Assembly (NCBI GenBank): GCA_964016885.1
Contig: OZ024742.1
Location: 163,804,001-163,868,000, forward strand
Reading direction: 5' to 3'
Length of the DNA: 64,000 nt
Source of the DNA: Eledone cirrhosa
Lineage: Eukaryota
Part shown: piece by piece, positions 38,401 to 52,800 of the stretch
Layout: each line of letters begins with the position of its first letter
Numbering within the stretch: position 1 is the first letter of the stretch
Notes under the pieces: generated by a model
Databases searched by the model: none
The model's input: the letters and a program-made list of their open reading frames with translations, nothing else
Told to the model about the DNA's origin: nothing
Made by a program: the position numbers and the translations under genes

Positions 38401-41400
38401 TTTTACAAATTATCTCTTCCTGATTTTTTTTACAAATTATCTCCCCCTGATTTCTTTTACAAATTATCTCCCCCTGATCTTTTTACAAATTATCTCCCCT
38501 TGGCTGGCTGGAAATTATCTCCCCTTGGAGGCTGGAATTTATCTCCCATTGGACGGCTAGAAATTACCTCTCCTTGGACGGCTGGAAAATATGTCTCCTT
38601 GGACGGCTGGAAATTATCTCCCCTTGGACGGCTGGAAATTATCTCCCCATGGACGGCTGGAAATTATCTCTCCTTGGACGGCTAGAAATTACCTCTCCTT
38701 GGACGGCTGAAAATTATCTCCCCTTGGACGGCTGGAAATTATCTCCTCTTGATTTTTGTTACAAATTATCTCCCCCTGATTTTTTTTTACAAATTATCTC
38801 CCACTGATTTTTTTTTACAAATTATCTCCCCTGATATTTTTTACAAATTATCTCCCCCTGATTTTTTTACAAATTATCTCCCCTTGGCTGGCTGGAAATT
38901 ATCTCCCCTTGGAGGCTGGAATTTATCTCCCCTTGGACGGCTAGAAATTACCTCTCCTTGGACGGCTAGAAAATATGTCTCCTTGGACGGCTGGAAATTA
39001 TCTCCCCTTGGACGGCTGGAAATTATCTCCTCTTGGACGGCTGGAAATTATCTCCCCTTGGGCGGCTAGATATTACCTCCCCTTGGACTACTGGAAATTA
39101 TCTCCCCTTGATTTTTTTTACCAATTATCTCCCCCTGATTTTTTTTTACAAATTATCTCCCCCTGATTTTTTTTACGAATTATCTCCGCCTAATTTTTTT
39201 TTAAAAATGATCTCCCCTTGGACGGCTGGAAATTATCTGCCCTTGGACGGCTGGAAATTATCTCCCCTTGGACGGCTAGAAATTACCTCTCCTTGGACGG
39301 CTGAAAATTATCTCCCCTTGGACGGCTGCAAATTATCTCCCCTTGATTTTTTTAACAAATTATCTCCCCCTGATTTTTTTTACAAATTATCTCCCCCTGA
39401 TTTTTTTTACAAATTATCTACGCCTAATTTTTTTTACAAATTATCTCCCCCTGATTTTTTTTTACAAATTATCTCCCCCTGATTTTTTTTTACAAATTAT
39501 CTCCCCCTGATTTTTTTTTTACAAATTATCTCCCCCCCCTGATTTTTTTTACAATCTCCGCCTGATTTTTTTAAAAATTATCTTCCCTTGGCAGGCGGGA
39601 AATTATCTCCCCTTGGACGGCTGGAAATTATATCCCCTTGGAAGGATGGAAATTATCTCCCCTTGGACGGCTGGAAATTATCTCCCCTTGGACGGCTGGA
39701 AATTATCTCCCCTTGGACAGCTGGAAATTATCTGCCCTTGATTTTGTTTTTACAAATTATCTCCCCCTGATTTTTTTTACAAATTATCTCCACCTGATTT
39801 TTTTAAAAATTATCTCCCCTTGGACGGCAGTAAATTATCTCTCCTTGGCTGGAAATTATCTCCCCTTGGACGGCTAGAAATTATCTCTATTTGGACGGCT
39901 GGAAATTATCTCCCTTTGATTTTTTTTACAAATTATCTCCCTCTGATTTTTTTACAAATCTCCCCCTGATTTTTTTTTACAAATTATCTCCCCCTGATTT
40001 TTTTTTTACAAATTATCTCCGCCTGATTTTTTTTAAAGATTATCTCCCCTTGGACGGCTGGAAATTATCTCCCCTTGGACGGCTGGAAATTATCTCCCCT
40101 TGGACGGCTAGAAATTACCTCTCCTTGGACGACTGAAAATTATCTCCCCTTGGACGGCTGCAAATTATCTCCCCTTGGACGGCTGGAAATTATCTCCCCT
40201 TGGACGGCTGGAAATTATCTCCCCTTGGAGGCTAGAAATTACCTCTCCTTGGACGGCTGAAAATTATCTCCCCTTGGACGGCTGGAAATTATCTCCCCTT
40301 GATTTTTTTACAAATTATCTCCCCCTGATTTTTTTTTACAAATTATCTCCCCCTGATTTTTTTTTACAAATTATCTCCCCCTGATTTTTTTTTACAAATT
40401 ATCTTCCCCTGATTTTTTTTTACAAATTATCTTCCCTTGGCTGGCGGGAAATTATCTCCCCTTGGACGACTGGAAATTATCTACCCTTGCACGGCTGGAA
40501 ATTATCTCCCCTTGGACGGCTAGAAATTACCTCTCCTTGGACGGCTGAAAATTATCTCCCCTTGGACGGCTGGAAATTATCTCCCCTTGGCTGGAAATTA
40601 TCTCCCCTTGGACGGCTAGAAATTATCTCTCTTTGGACGGCTGGAAATTATCTCCCCTTGATTTTTATTACAAATTATCTCCCCCTGATTTTTAAAAAAA
40701 AAATTATCTCCCCTTCGCTGGCTGGAAATTATCTTCCCTTGGACGGCTGGAAATTATCTCCCCTTGATTTTTTTACAAATTATCTCCCCCTGATTTTTTT
40801 TACAAATATTCTCCCCCTGATTTTTTTTTACAAATTATCTCCCTCTGATTTTTTTTTACAAATTATCTACGCCTGATTTTTTTAAAAAAATTGTCTCCCC
40901 TTGGACGGCTGGAAATTATCTCCCCTTGGACGGCTGGAAATTATCTCCCCTTGGACGGCTAGATATTACCTCTCCTTGGACGGCTGAAAATTATCTCCCC
41001 TTGGACGGCTGCAAATTAACTCCCCTTGATTTTTTTTACAAATTATCTCCTCCTGATTTTTTTTTACAAATTATCTCCCCCTGATTTTTTTTACAAATTA
41101 TCTCCACCTGATTTTTTAAAAAATTATCTCCCCTTGGACGGCTGGAAATTACCTCCCCTTGGACGGCTAGAAATTATCTCTCTTTGGACGGCTGGAAATT
41201 AACTCCCCTTGGACACTGGAAATTATAGCCCCTTGGAGGGCTGGAAATTATCTTCCCTTGGACGGCTGGAAATTATCTCCCCTTGATTTTTTTTACAAAT
41301 TATCTCCCCCTGATTTTTTTTTACAAATTATCTCCCCCTGATTTTTTTTTACAAATTATCTCCGCCTGATTTTTTTTAAAAAAAATCTCTCCTTGGACGG

Positions 41401-42977
41401 CTGGAAATTATCTCCACTTGATTTTTTTTACAAATCATCTCCCCCTGATTTTTTTTTACAAATTATCTCCCCCTGATTTTTTTTTACAAATTATCTACCC
41501 CTGATTTTTTTTTACAAATTATCTCCCCCTGATTTTTTTTACAAATTATCTCCCCCTGATTTTTTTTACAAATTATCTCCCCCTGATTTTTTTACAAATT
41601 ATCTCCCCCTGATTTTTTTTACAAATTATCTCCGCCTAATTTTTTTAAATATTATCTCCCCTTGGACGGCTGGAAATTATCTCCCCTTAATTTTTTTTAC
41701 AAATTATCTCCCCCTGATTTTTTTTTACAAATTATCTCCCCCTGATTTTTTTTTACAAATTATCTTCCCCTGATTTTTTTTTACAAATTATCTCCCCCTG
41801 ATTTTTTTTACAAATTATCTCCCCATGATTTTTTTACAAATTATCTCCCCTTGGCTGGCTGGAAATTATCTCCCCTTGGAGGCTGGAATTTATCTCCCCT
41901 TGGACGGCTAGAAATTACCTCTCCTTGGACGGCTGGAAAATATGTCTCCTTGGACGGCTGGATATTATCTACCCTTGGACGGCTGGAAATTATCTCCCCT
42001 TGGACGGCTGGAAATTATCTCCCCTTGGACGGCTAGATATTACCTCCCCTTGGACGGCTGGAAATTATCTCCCCTTGATTTTTTTTACAAATTATCTCCC
42101 CCTGATTTTTTTTACAAATTATCTCCCCCTGATTTTTTTACAAATTATCTCCCCCTGATTTTTCTACAAATTATCTCCGCCTAATTTTTTTAAATATTAT
42201 CTTACCTTGGCTGGCGGGAAATTATCTCCCCTTGGACGGCTGAAAATTATCTCCCCTTGGACGGCTGGAAATTATCTCCCCTTGATTTTTTTACAAATTA
42301 TCTCCCACTGATTATTTTTTACAAATTATCTCCCCCTGATTTTTTTTTACAAATTATCTCCCCGTGATTTTTTTTACAAATTATCTCCCCCTGATTTTTT
42401 TACAAATTATCTCCCCTTGGCTGGCTGGAAATTATCTCCCCTTGGAGGCTGGAATTTATCACCCCTTGGACGGTTAGAAATTACCTCTCCTTGGACGGCT
42501 GGAAAATATGTCTCCTTGGACGGCTGGAAATTATCTCCCCTTGGACGGCTGGAAATTATCTCCCCTTGGACGGCTGGAAATTATCTCTCCTCGGACGGCT
42601 AGAAATTACCTCTCCTTGGACGGCTGAAAATTATCTCCCCTTGGACGGCTGGAAATTATCTCCCCTTGATTTTTTTTACAAATTATCTCCCCCTGATTTT
42701 TTTTTACAAATTATCTCCCCCTGATTTTTTTTTACAAATTATCTCCCCCTGATATTTTTTACAAATTATCTCCCCCTGATTTTTTTACAAATTATCTACC
42801 CTTGGCTGGCTGGAAATTATCTCCCCTTGGAGGCTGGAATTTATCTCCCCTTGGACGGCTAGAAATTACCTCGCCTTGGACGGCTGGAAAATATGTCTCC
42901 TTGGACGGCTGGAAATTATCTCCCCTTGGACGGCTGGAAATTATCTCCTCTTGGACGGCTGGAAATTATCTCCCCTT
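29401..42977 (+). repeat. Macro-repeat copy 2 (~13.58 kb; lacks first ~2 kb of the unit)
   Basis: Offsets to copy 1 are 13550-13584 across the whole length (16153/29736, 18246/31830, 21350/34928, 24740/38290, 29222/42802). Confidence 0.92.
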
Positions 42978-45900
42978 GGGCGGCTAGATATTACCTCCCC
43001 TTGGACTACTGGAAATTATCTCCCCTTGATTTTTTTTACAAATTATCTCCCCCTGATTTTTTTTTACAAATTATCTCCCCCTGATTTTTTTTACGAATTA
43101 TCTCCGCCTAATTTTTTTTTTAAAATGATCTCCCCTTGGACGGCTGGAAATTATCTGCCCTTGGACGGCTGGAAATTATCTCCCCTTGGACGGCTAGAAA
43201 TTACCTCTCCTTGGACGGCTGAAAATTATCTCCCCTTGGACGGCTGCAAATTATCTCCCCTTGATTTTTTTAACAAATTATCTCCCCCTGATTTTTTTTA
43301 CAAATTATCTCCCCCTGATTTTTTTTACAAATTATCTACGCCAAATATTTTTTACAAATTATCTCCCCCTGATTTTTTTTTTACAAATTATCTCCCCCTG
43401 ATTTTTTTTTTACAAATTATCTCCCCCCTGATTTTTTTTACAATCTCCGCCTGATTTTTTTAAAAATTATCTTCCCTTGGCTGGCGGGAAATTATCTCCC
43501 CTTGGACGGCTGGAAATTATATCCCCTTGGAAGGATGGAAATTATCTCCCCTTGGACGGCTGGAAATTATCTCCCCTTGGACGGCTAGAAATTATCTCCC
43601 CTTGGACAGCTGGAAATTATCTGCCCTTGATTTTGTTTTTACAAATTATCTCCCCCTGATTTTTTTTACAAATTATCTCCACCTGATTTTTTAAAAAATT
43701 ATCTCCCCTTGGACGGCAGTAAATTATCTCTCCTTGGCTGGAAATTATCTCCCCTTGGACGGCTAGAAATTATCTCTATTTGGACGGCTGGAAATTATCT
43801 CCCTTTGATTTTTTTTACAAATTATCTCCCTCTGATTTTTTTACAAATCTCCCCCTGATTTTTTTTTACAAATTATCTCCCCCTGATTTTTTTTTTACAA
43901 ATTATCTCCGCCTGATTTTTTTTTTAAATTATCTCCCCTTGGACGGCTGGAAATTATCTCCCCTTGGACGGCTGGAAATTATCTCCCCTTGGACGGCTAG
44001 AAATTACCTCTCCTTGGACGACTGAAAATTATCTCCCCTTGGACGGCTGCAAATTATCTCCCCTTGGACGGCTGGAATTTATCTCCCCTTGGACGGCTGG
44101 AAATTATCTCCCCTTGGAGGCTAGAAATTACCTCTCCTTGGACGGCTGAAAATTATCTCCCCTTGGACGGCTGGAAATTATCTCCCCTTGATTTTTTTAC
44201 AAATTATCTCCCCCTGATTCTTTTTTACAAATTATCTCCCCCTGATTTTTTTTACAAATTATCTCCCCCTGATTTTTTTTTACAAATTATCACCCCCTGA
44301 TTTTTATTTACAAATTATCTTCCCCTGATTTTTTTTTACAAATTATCTCCCTGAATTTTTACCAATTATCTCCCCATGATTTTTTTACAAATTATCTCCC
44401 CTGATTTTTTTACAAATTATCTCCGCCTGATTTTTTTAAAAATTATCTTCCCTTGGCTGGCGGGAAATTATCTCCCCTTGGACGGCTGGAAATTATCTAC
44501 CCTTGCACGGCTGGAAATTATCTCCCCTTGGACGGCTAGAAATTACCTCTCCTTGGACGGCTGAAAATTATCTCCCCTTGGACGGCTGGAAATTATCTCC
44601 CCTTGGCTGGAAATTATCTCCCCTTGGACGGCTAGAAATTATCTCTCTTTGGACGGCTGGAAATTATCTCCCCTTGATTTTTATTACAAATTATCTCCCC
44701 CTGATTTTTAAAAAAAAAATTATCTCCCCTTCGCTGGCTGGAAATTATCTTCCCTTGGACGGCTGGAAATTATCTCCCTTTGATTTTTTTACAAATTATC
44801 TCCCCCTGATTTTTTTTACAAATATTCTCCCCCTGATTTTTTTTTACAAATTATCTCCCTCTGATTTTTTTTTACAAATTATCTCCGCCTGATTTTTTTA
44901 AAAAAATTATCTCCCCTTGGACGGCTGGAAATTATCTCCCCTTGGACGGCTGGAAATTATCTCCCCTTGGACGGCTAGAAATTACCTCTCCTTGGACGGC
45001 TGAAAATTATCTCCCCTTGGACGGCTGCAAATTATCTCCCCTTGATTTTTTTTACAAATTATCTCCCCCTGATTTTTTTTTACAAATTATCTCCCCCTGA
45101 TTTTTTTTACAAATTATCTACCCCTGATTTTTTTTACAAATTATCTTCCCCTGATTTTTTTTTACAAATTATCTCCCCCTGATTTTTTTTTACAAATTAT
45201 CTCCCCCTGATTTTTTTTCTACAAATTATCTCCCCCTGATTTTTTTACAAATTATCTCCCCCTGATTTTTTTACAATCTCCGCCTGATTATTTTAAAAAT
45301 TATCTTCCCTTGGCTGGCGGGAAATTATCTCCCCTTGGACGGCTGGAAATTATCTCCCCTTGGAAGGATGGAAATTGTCTCCCCTTGGACGGCCGGAAAT
45401 TATCTCCCCTTGCACGGCTGGAAATTATCTCCCCTTGGACAGCTGGAAATTATCTGCCCTTGATTTTGTTTTTACAAATTATCTCCCCCTGATTTTTTTT
45501 ACAAATTATCTCCACCTGATTTTTTAAAAAATGATCTCCCCTTGGACGGCTGGAAATTATCTACCCTTGGCTGGAAATTATCTCCCCTTGGACGGCTAGA
45601 AATTATCTCTCTTTGGACGGCTGGAAATTATCTCCCTTTGATTTTTTTTTACAAACTATCTCCCTCTGATTTTTTTTACAAATTTCCCCCTGATTTTTAA
45701 AAAAAAATTATCTCCCCTTCGCTGGCTGGAAATTATCTCCCCTTGGACACTGGAAATTATAGCCCCTTGGAGGGCTGGAAATTATCTTCCCTTGGACGGC
45801 CGGAAATTATCTCCCCTTGATTTTTTTTACAAATTATCTCCCCCTGATTTTTTTTTACAAATTATCTCCCCCTGATTTTTTTTTACAAATTATCTCCGCC

Positions 45901-48900
45901 TGATTTTTTTTTAAAATTATCTCTCCTTGTACGGCTGGAAATTATCTCCCCTTGATTTTTTTTACAAATTATCTCCCCCTGATTTTTTTTTACAAATTAT
46001 CTCCTCCTGATTTTTTTTTACAAATTATCTACCCCTGATTTTATTTTACAAATTATCTCCCCCTGATTTTTTTTACAAATTATCTCCCCCTGATTTTTTT
46101 TACAAATTATCTCCGCCTAATTTTTTTAAATATTATCTTTCCTTGGCTGGCGGGAAATTATCTCCCCTTGGACGGCTGAAAATTATCTCCCCTTGGACGG
46201 CTGGAAATTATCTCCCCTTGATTTTTTTACAAATTATCTCCCCCTGATTATTTTTTACAAATTATCTCCCCCTGATTTTTTTTTACAAATTATCTCCCCC
46301 TGATTTTTTTTACAAATTATCTCCCCCTGATCTTTTTACAAATTATCTCCCCTTGGCTGGCTGGAAATTATCTCCCCTTGATTTTTTTTACAAATTATCT
46401 CCCCCTGATTTTTTTTACAAATTATCTCCCCCTGATTTTTTTACAAATTATCTCCCCCTGATTTTTTTTACAAATTATCTCCGCCTAATTTTTTTAAATA
46501 TTATCTTCTCTTGGCTGGCGGGAAATTATCTCCCCTTGGACGGCTGAAAATTATCTCCCCTTGGACGGCTGGAAATTATCTCCCCTTGATTTTTTTTACA
46601 AATTATCTCCCCCTGATTATTTTTTACAAATTATCTCTTCCTGATTTTTTTTACAAATTATCTCCCCCTGATCTTTTTACAAATTATCTCCCCTTGGCTG
46701 GCTGGAAATTATCTCCCCTTGGAGGCTGGAATTTATCTCCCATTGGACGGCTAGAAAATACCTCTCCTTGGACGGCTGGAAAATATGTCTCCTTGGACGG
46801 CTGGAAATTATCTCCCCTTGGACGGCTGGAAATTATCTCCCCTTGGACGGCTGGAAATTATCTCTCCTCGGACGACTAGAAATTACCTCTCCTTGGACAG
46901 CTGAAAATTATCTCCCCCTGATTTTTTTTTTACGAATTATCTCCGCCTAATTTTTTTTTAAAAATGATCTCCCCTTGGACGGCTGGAAATTATCTGCCCT
47001 TGGACGGCTGGAAATTATCTCCCCTTGGACGGCTAGAAATTACCTCTCCTTGGACGGCTGAAAATTATCTCCCCTTGGACGGCTGCAAATTATCTCCCCT
47101 TGATTTTTTTAACAAATTATCTCCCCCTGATTTTTTTTACAAATTATCTCCCCCTGATTTTTTTTACAAATTATCTACGCCTAATTTTTTTTACAAATTA
47201 TCTCCCCCTGATTTTTTTTTAAAATTATCTCCCCCTGATTTTTTTTTTACAAATTATCTCCCCCCTGATTTTTTTTACAATCTCCGCCTGATTTTTTTAA
47301 AAATTATCTTCCCTTGGCTGGCGGGAAATTATCTCCCCTTGGACGGCTGGAAATTATATCCCCTTGGAAGGATGGAAATTATCTCCCCTTGGACGGCTGG
47401 AAATTATCTCCCCTTGGACGGCTGGAAATTATCTCCCCTTGGACAGCTGGAAATTATCTGCCCTTGATTTTGTTTTTACAAATTATCTCCCCCTGATTTT
47501 TTTTACAAATTATCTCCACCTGATTTTTTAAAAAATTATCTTCCCTTGGACGGCAGTAAATTATCTCTCCTTGGCTGGAAATTATCTCCCCTTGGACGGC
47601 TAGAAATTATCTCTATTTGGACGGCTGGAAATTATCTCCCTTTGATTTTTTTTACAAATTATCTCCCTCTGATTTTTTTACAAATCTCCCCCTGATTTTT
47701 TTTTACAAATTATCTCCCCCTGATTTTTTTTTTACAAATTATCTCCGCCTGATTTTTTTTTAAAATTATCTCCCCTTGGACGGCTGGAAATTATCTCCCC
47801 TTGGACGGCTGGAAATTATCTCCCCTTGGACGGCTAGAAATTACCTCTCCTTGGACGACTGAAAATTATCTCCCCTTGGACGGCTGCAAATTATCTCCCC
47901 TTGGACGGCTGGAATTTATCTCCCCTTGGACGGCTGGAAATTATCTCCCCTTGGAGGCTAGAAATTACCTCTCCTTGGACGGCTGAAAATTATCTCCCCT
48001 TGGACGGCTGGAAATTATCTCCCCTTGATTTTTTTACAAATTATCTCCCCCTGATTCTTTTTTACAAATTATCTCCCCCTGATTTTTTTTTACAAATTAT
48101 CTTCCCCTGATTTTTTTTTACAAATTATCTCCCTGAATTTTTACCAATTATCTCCCCATGATTTTTTTACAAATTATCTCCCCTGATTTTTTTACAAATT
48201 ATCTCCGCCTGATTTTTTTAAAAATTATCTTACCTTGGCTGGCGGGAAATTATCTCCCCTTGGACGGCTGGAAATTATCTACCCTTGCACGGCTGGAAAT
48301 TATCTCCCCTTGGACGGCTAGAAATTACCTCTCCTTGGACGGCTGAAAATTATCTCCCCTTGGACGGCTGGAAATTATCTCCCCTTGGCTGGAAATTATC
48401 TCCCCTTGGAGGGCTAGAAATTATCTCTCTTTGGACGGCTGGAAATTATCTCCCCTTGATTTTTATTACAAATTATCTCCCCCTGATTTTTTAAAAAAAA
48501 ATTATCTCCCCTTCGCTGGCTGGAAATTATCTTCCCTTGGACGGCTGGAAATTATCTCACCTTGATTTTTTTACAAATTATCTCCCCCTGATTTTTTTTA
48601 CAAATATTCTCCCCCTGATTTTTTTTTACAAATTATCTCCCTCTGATTTTTTTTTACAAATTATCTCCGCCTGATTTTTTTGAAAAAATTATCTCCCCTT
48701 GGACGGCTGGAAATTATCTCCCCTTGGACGGCTGGAAATTATCTCCCCTTGGACGGCTAGAAATTACCTCTCCTTGGACGGCTGAAAATTATCTCCCCTT
48801 GGACGGCTGCAAATTATCTCCCCTTGATTTTTTTTACAAATTATCTCCCCCTGATTTTTTTTTACAAATTATCTCCCCCTGATTTTTTTTACAAATTATC

Positions 48901-49870
48901 TCCCCCTGATTTTTTTTACAAATTATCTCCGCCTGATTTTTTTAAATATTATCTTCCCTTGGCTGGCGGGAAATTATCTCCCCTTGGACGGCTGAAAATT
49001 ATCTCCCCTTGGACGGCTGGAAATTATCTCCCCTTGATTTTTTTTACAAATTATCTCCCCCTAATTTTTTTTTACAAATTATCTCCCCCTGATTTTTTTT
49101 TACAAATTATCCCCCTGATTTTTTTTTACAAATTATCTCCCCCTGATTTTTTTTACAAATTATCTCCCCATGATTTTTTTACAAATTATCTCCCCTTGGC
49201 TGGCTGGAAATTATCTCCCCTTGGAGGCTGGAATTAATCTCCCCTTGGACGGCTAGAAATTACCTCTCCTTGGACGGCTGGAAAATATGTCTCCTTGGAC
49301 GGCTGGATATTATCTACCCTTGGACGGCTGGAAATTATCTCCCCTTGGACGGCTGGAAATTATCTCCCCTTGGACGGCTAGATATTACCTCCCCTTGGAC
49401 GGCTGGAAATTATCTCCCCTTGAATTTTTTTACAAATTATCTCCCCCTGATTTTTTTTACAAATTATCTCCCCCTGATTTTTTTACAAATTATCTCCCCC
49501 TGATTTTTTTTACAAATTATCTCCGCCTAATTTTTTTAAATATTATCTTCCCTTGGCTGGCGGGAAATTATCTCCCCTTGGACGGCTGAAAATTATCTCC
49601 CCTTGGACGGCTGGAAATTATCTCCCCTTGATTTTTTTTACAAATTATCTCCCCCTGATTATTTTTTACAAATTATCTCTTCCTGATTTTTTTTACAAAT
49701 TATCTCCCTCTGATTTTTTTTACAAATTATCTCCCCCTGATCTTTTTACAAATTATCTCCCCTTGGCTGGCTGGAAATTATCTCCCCTTGGAGGCTGGAA
49801 TTTATCTCCCATTGGACGGCTAGAAAATACCTCTCCTTGGACGGCTGGAAAATATGTCTCCTTGGACGGC
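42978..49870 (+). repeat. Macro-repeat copy 3 (proximal part)
   Basis: Offset 29157 to copy 1 up to ~46900. After a 440-bp deletion the offset to copy 2 is 15134 (31830/46964, 33690/48824, 34419/49553). Confidence 0.85.
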
Positions 49871-52800
49871 TGGAAATTATCTCCCCTTGGACGGCTGGAA
49901 ATTATCTCCCCTTGGACGGCTGGAAATTATCTCTCCTTGGACGGCTAGAAATTACCTCTCCTTGGACGGCTGAAAATTATCTCCCCTTGGACGGCTGGAA
50001 ATTATCTCCCCTTGATTTTTGTTACAAATTATCTCCCCCTGATTTTTTTTTACAAATTATCTCCCCCTGATTTTTTTTTACAAATTATCTCCCCCTGATA
50101 TTTTTTACAAATTATCTCCCCCTGATTTTTTTACAAATTATCTCCCCTTGGCTGGCTGGAAATTATCTCCCCTTGGAGGCTGGAATTTATCTCCCCTTGG
50201 ACGGCTAGAAATTACCTCTCCTTGGACGGCTAGAAAATATGTCTCCTTGGACGGCTGGAAATTATCTCCCCTTGGACGGCTGGAAATTATCTCCTCTTGG
50301 ACGGCTGGAAATTATCTCCCCTTGGGCGGCTAGATATTACCTCCCCTTGGACTACTGGAAATTATCTCCCCTTGATTTTTTTTACAAATTATCTCCCCCT
50401 GATTTTTTTTTACAAATTATCTCCCCCTGATTTTTTTTTACGAATTATCTCCGCCTAATTTTTTTTAAAAATGATCTCCCCTTGGACGGCTGGAAATTAT
50501 CTGCCCTTGGACGGCTAGAAATTACCTCTCCTTGGACGGCTGAAAATTATCTCCCCTTGGACGGCTGGAAATTATCTCCTCTTGGACGGCTGGAAATTAT
50601 CTCCCCTTGGGCGGCTAGATATTACCTCCCCTTGGACTACTGGAAATTATCTCCCCTTGATTTTTTTTACAAATTATCTCCCCCTGATTTTTTTTTACAA
50701 ATTATCTCCCCCTGATTCTTTTTTACAAATTATATCCCCCTGATTTTTTTTTACAAATTATCTCCCCCTGATTTTTTTTTACAAATTATCACCCCCTGAT
50801 TTTTATTTACAAATTATCTTCCCCTGATTTTTTTTTACAAATTATCTCCCTGAATTTTTACCAATTATCTCCCCATGATTTTTTTACAAATTATCTCCCC
50901 TGATTTTTTTACAAATTATCTCCGCCTGATTTTTTTAAAAATTATCTTCCCTTGGCTGGCGGGAAATTATCTCCCCTTGGACGGCTGGAAATTATCTACC
51001 CTTGCACGGCTGGAAATTATCTCCCCTTGGACGGCTAGAAATTACCTCTCCTTGGACGGCTGAAAATTATCTCCCCTTGGACGGCTGGAAATTATCTCCC
51101 CTTGGCTGGAAATTATCTCCCTTTGGACGGCTAGAAATTATCTCTCTTTGGACGGCTGGAAATTATCTCCCCTTGATTTTTATTACAAATTATCTCCCCC
51201 TGATTTTTTAAAAAAAAATTATCTCCCCTTCGCTGGCTGGAAATTATCTTCCCTTGGACGGCTGGAAATTATCTCCCCTTGATTTTTTTACAAATTATCT
51301 CCCCCTGATTTTTTTTACAAATATTCTCCCCCTGATTTTTTTTTACAAATTATCTCCCTCTGATTTTTTTTTACAAATTATCTCCGCCTGATTTTTTTAA
51401 AAAAATTATCTCCCCTTGGACGGCTGGAAATTATCTCCCCTTGGACGGCTGGAAATTATCTCCCCTTGGACGGCTAGAAATTACCTCTCCTTGGACGGCT
51501 GAAAATTATCTCCCCTTGGACGGCTGCAAATTATCTCCCCTTGATTTTTTTTACAAATTATCTCCCCCTGATTTTTTTTTACAAATTATCTCCCCCTGAT
51601 TTTTTTTTACAAATTATCTACCCCTGATTTTTTTTACAAATTATCTCCCCCTGATTTTTTTTTACAAATTATCTCCCCCTGATTTTTTTTTACAAATTAT
51701 CTCCCCCTGATTTTTTTTCTACAAATTATCTCCCCCTGATTTTTTTACAAATTATCTCCCCCTGATTTTTTTTACAATCTCCGCCTGATTATTTTAAAAA
51801 TTATCTTCCCTTGGCTGGCGGGAAATTATCTCCCCTTGGACGGCTGGAAATTATCTCCCCTTGGAAGGATGGAAATTGTCTCCCCTTGGACGGCTGGAAA
51901 TTATCTCCCCTTGCACGGCTGGAAATTATCTCCCCTTGGACAGCTGGAAATTATCTGCCCTTGATTTTGTTTTTACAAATTATCTCCCCCTGATTTTTTT
52001 TACAAATTATCTCCACCTGATTTTTTAAAAAATTATCTCCCCTTGGACGGCTGGAAATTATCTCCCCTTGGCTGGAAATTATCTCCCCTTGGACGGCTAG
52101 AAATTATCTCTCTTTGGACGGCTGGAAATTATCTCCCTATGATTTTTTTTTACAAACTATCTCCCTCTGATTTTTTTTACAAATTTCCCCCGATTTTTAA
52201 AAAAAAATTATCTCCCCTTCGCTGGCTGGAAATTATCTCCCCTTGGACACTGGAAATTATAGCCCCTTGGAGGGCTGGAAATTATCTTCCCTTGGACGGC
52301 CGGAAATTATCTCCCCTTGATTTTTTTTACAAATTATCTCCCCCTGATTTTTTTTTACAAATTATCTCCCCCTGATTTTTTTATACAAATTATCTCCGCC
52401 TGATTTTTTTTTAAAATTATCTCTCCTTGGACGGCTGGAAATTATCTCCCCTTGATTTTTTTTACAAATTATCTCCCCCTGATTTTTTTTTACAAATTAT
52501 CTCCTGATTTTTTTTTACAAATTATCTACCCCTGATTTTTTTTTACAAATTATCTCCCCCTGATTTTTTTTACAAATTATCTCCCCCTGATTTTTTTTAC
52601 AAATTATCTCCGCCTAATTTTTTTAAATATTATCTTTCCTTGGCTGGCGGGAAATTATCTCCCCTTGGACGGCTGAAAATTATCTCCCCTTGGACGGCTG
52701 GAAATTATCTCCCCTTGATTTTTTTTACAAATTATCTCCCCCTGATTATTTTTTACAAATTATCTCTTCCTGATTTTTTTTACAAATTATCTCCCCCTGA

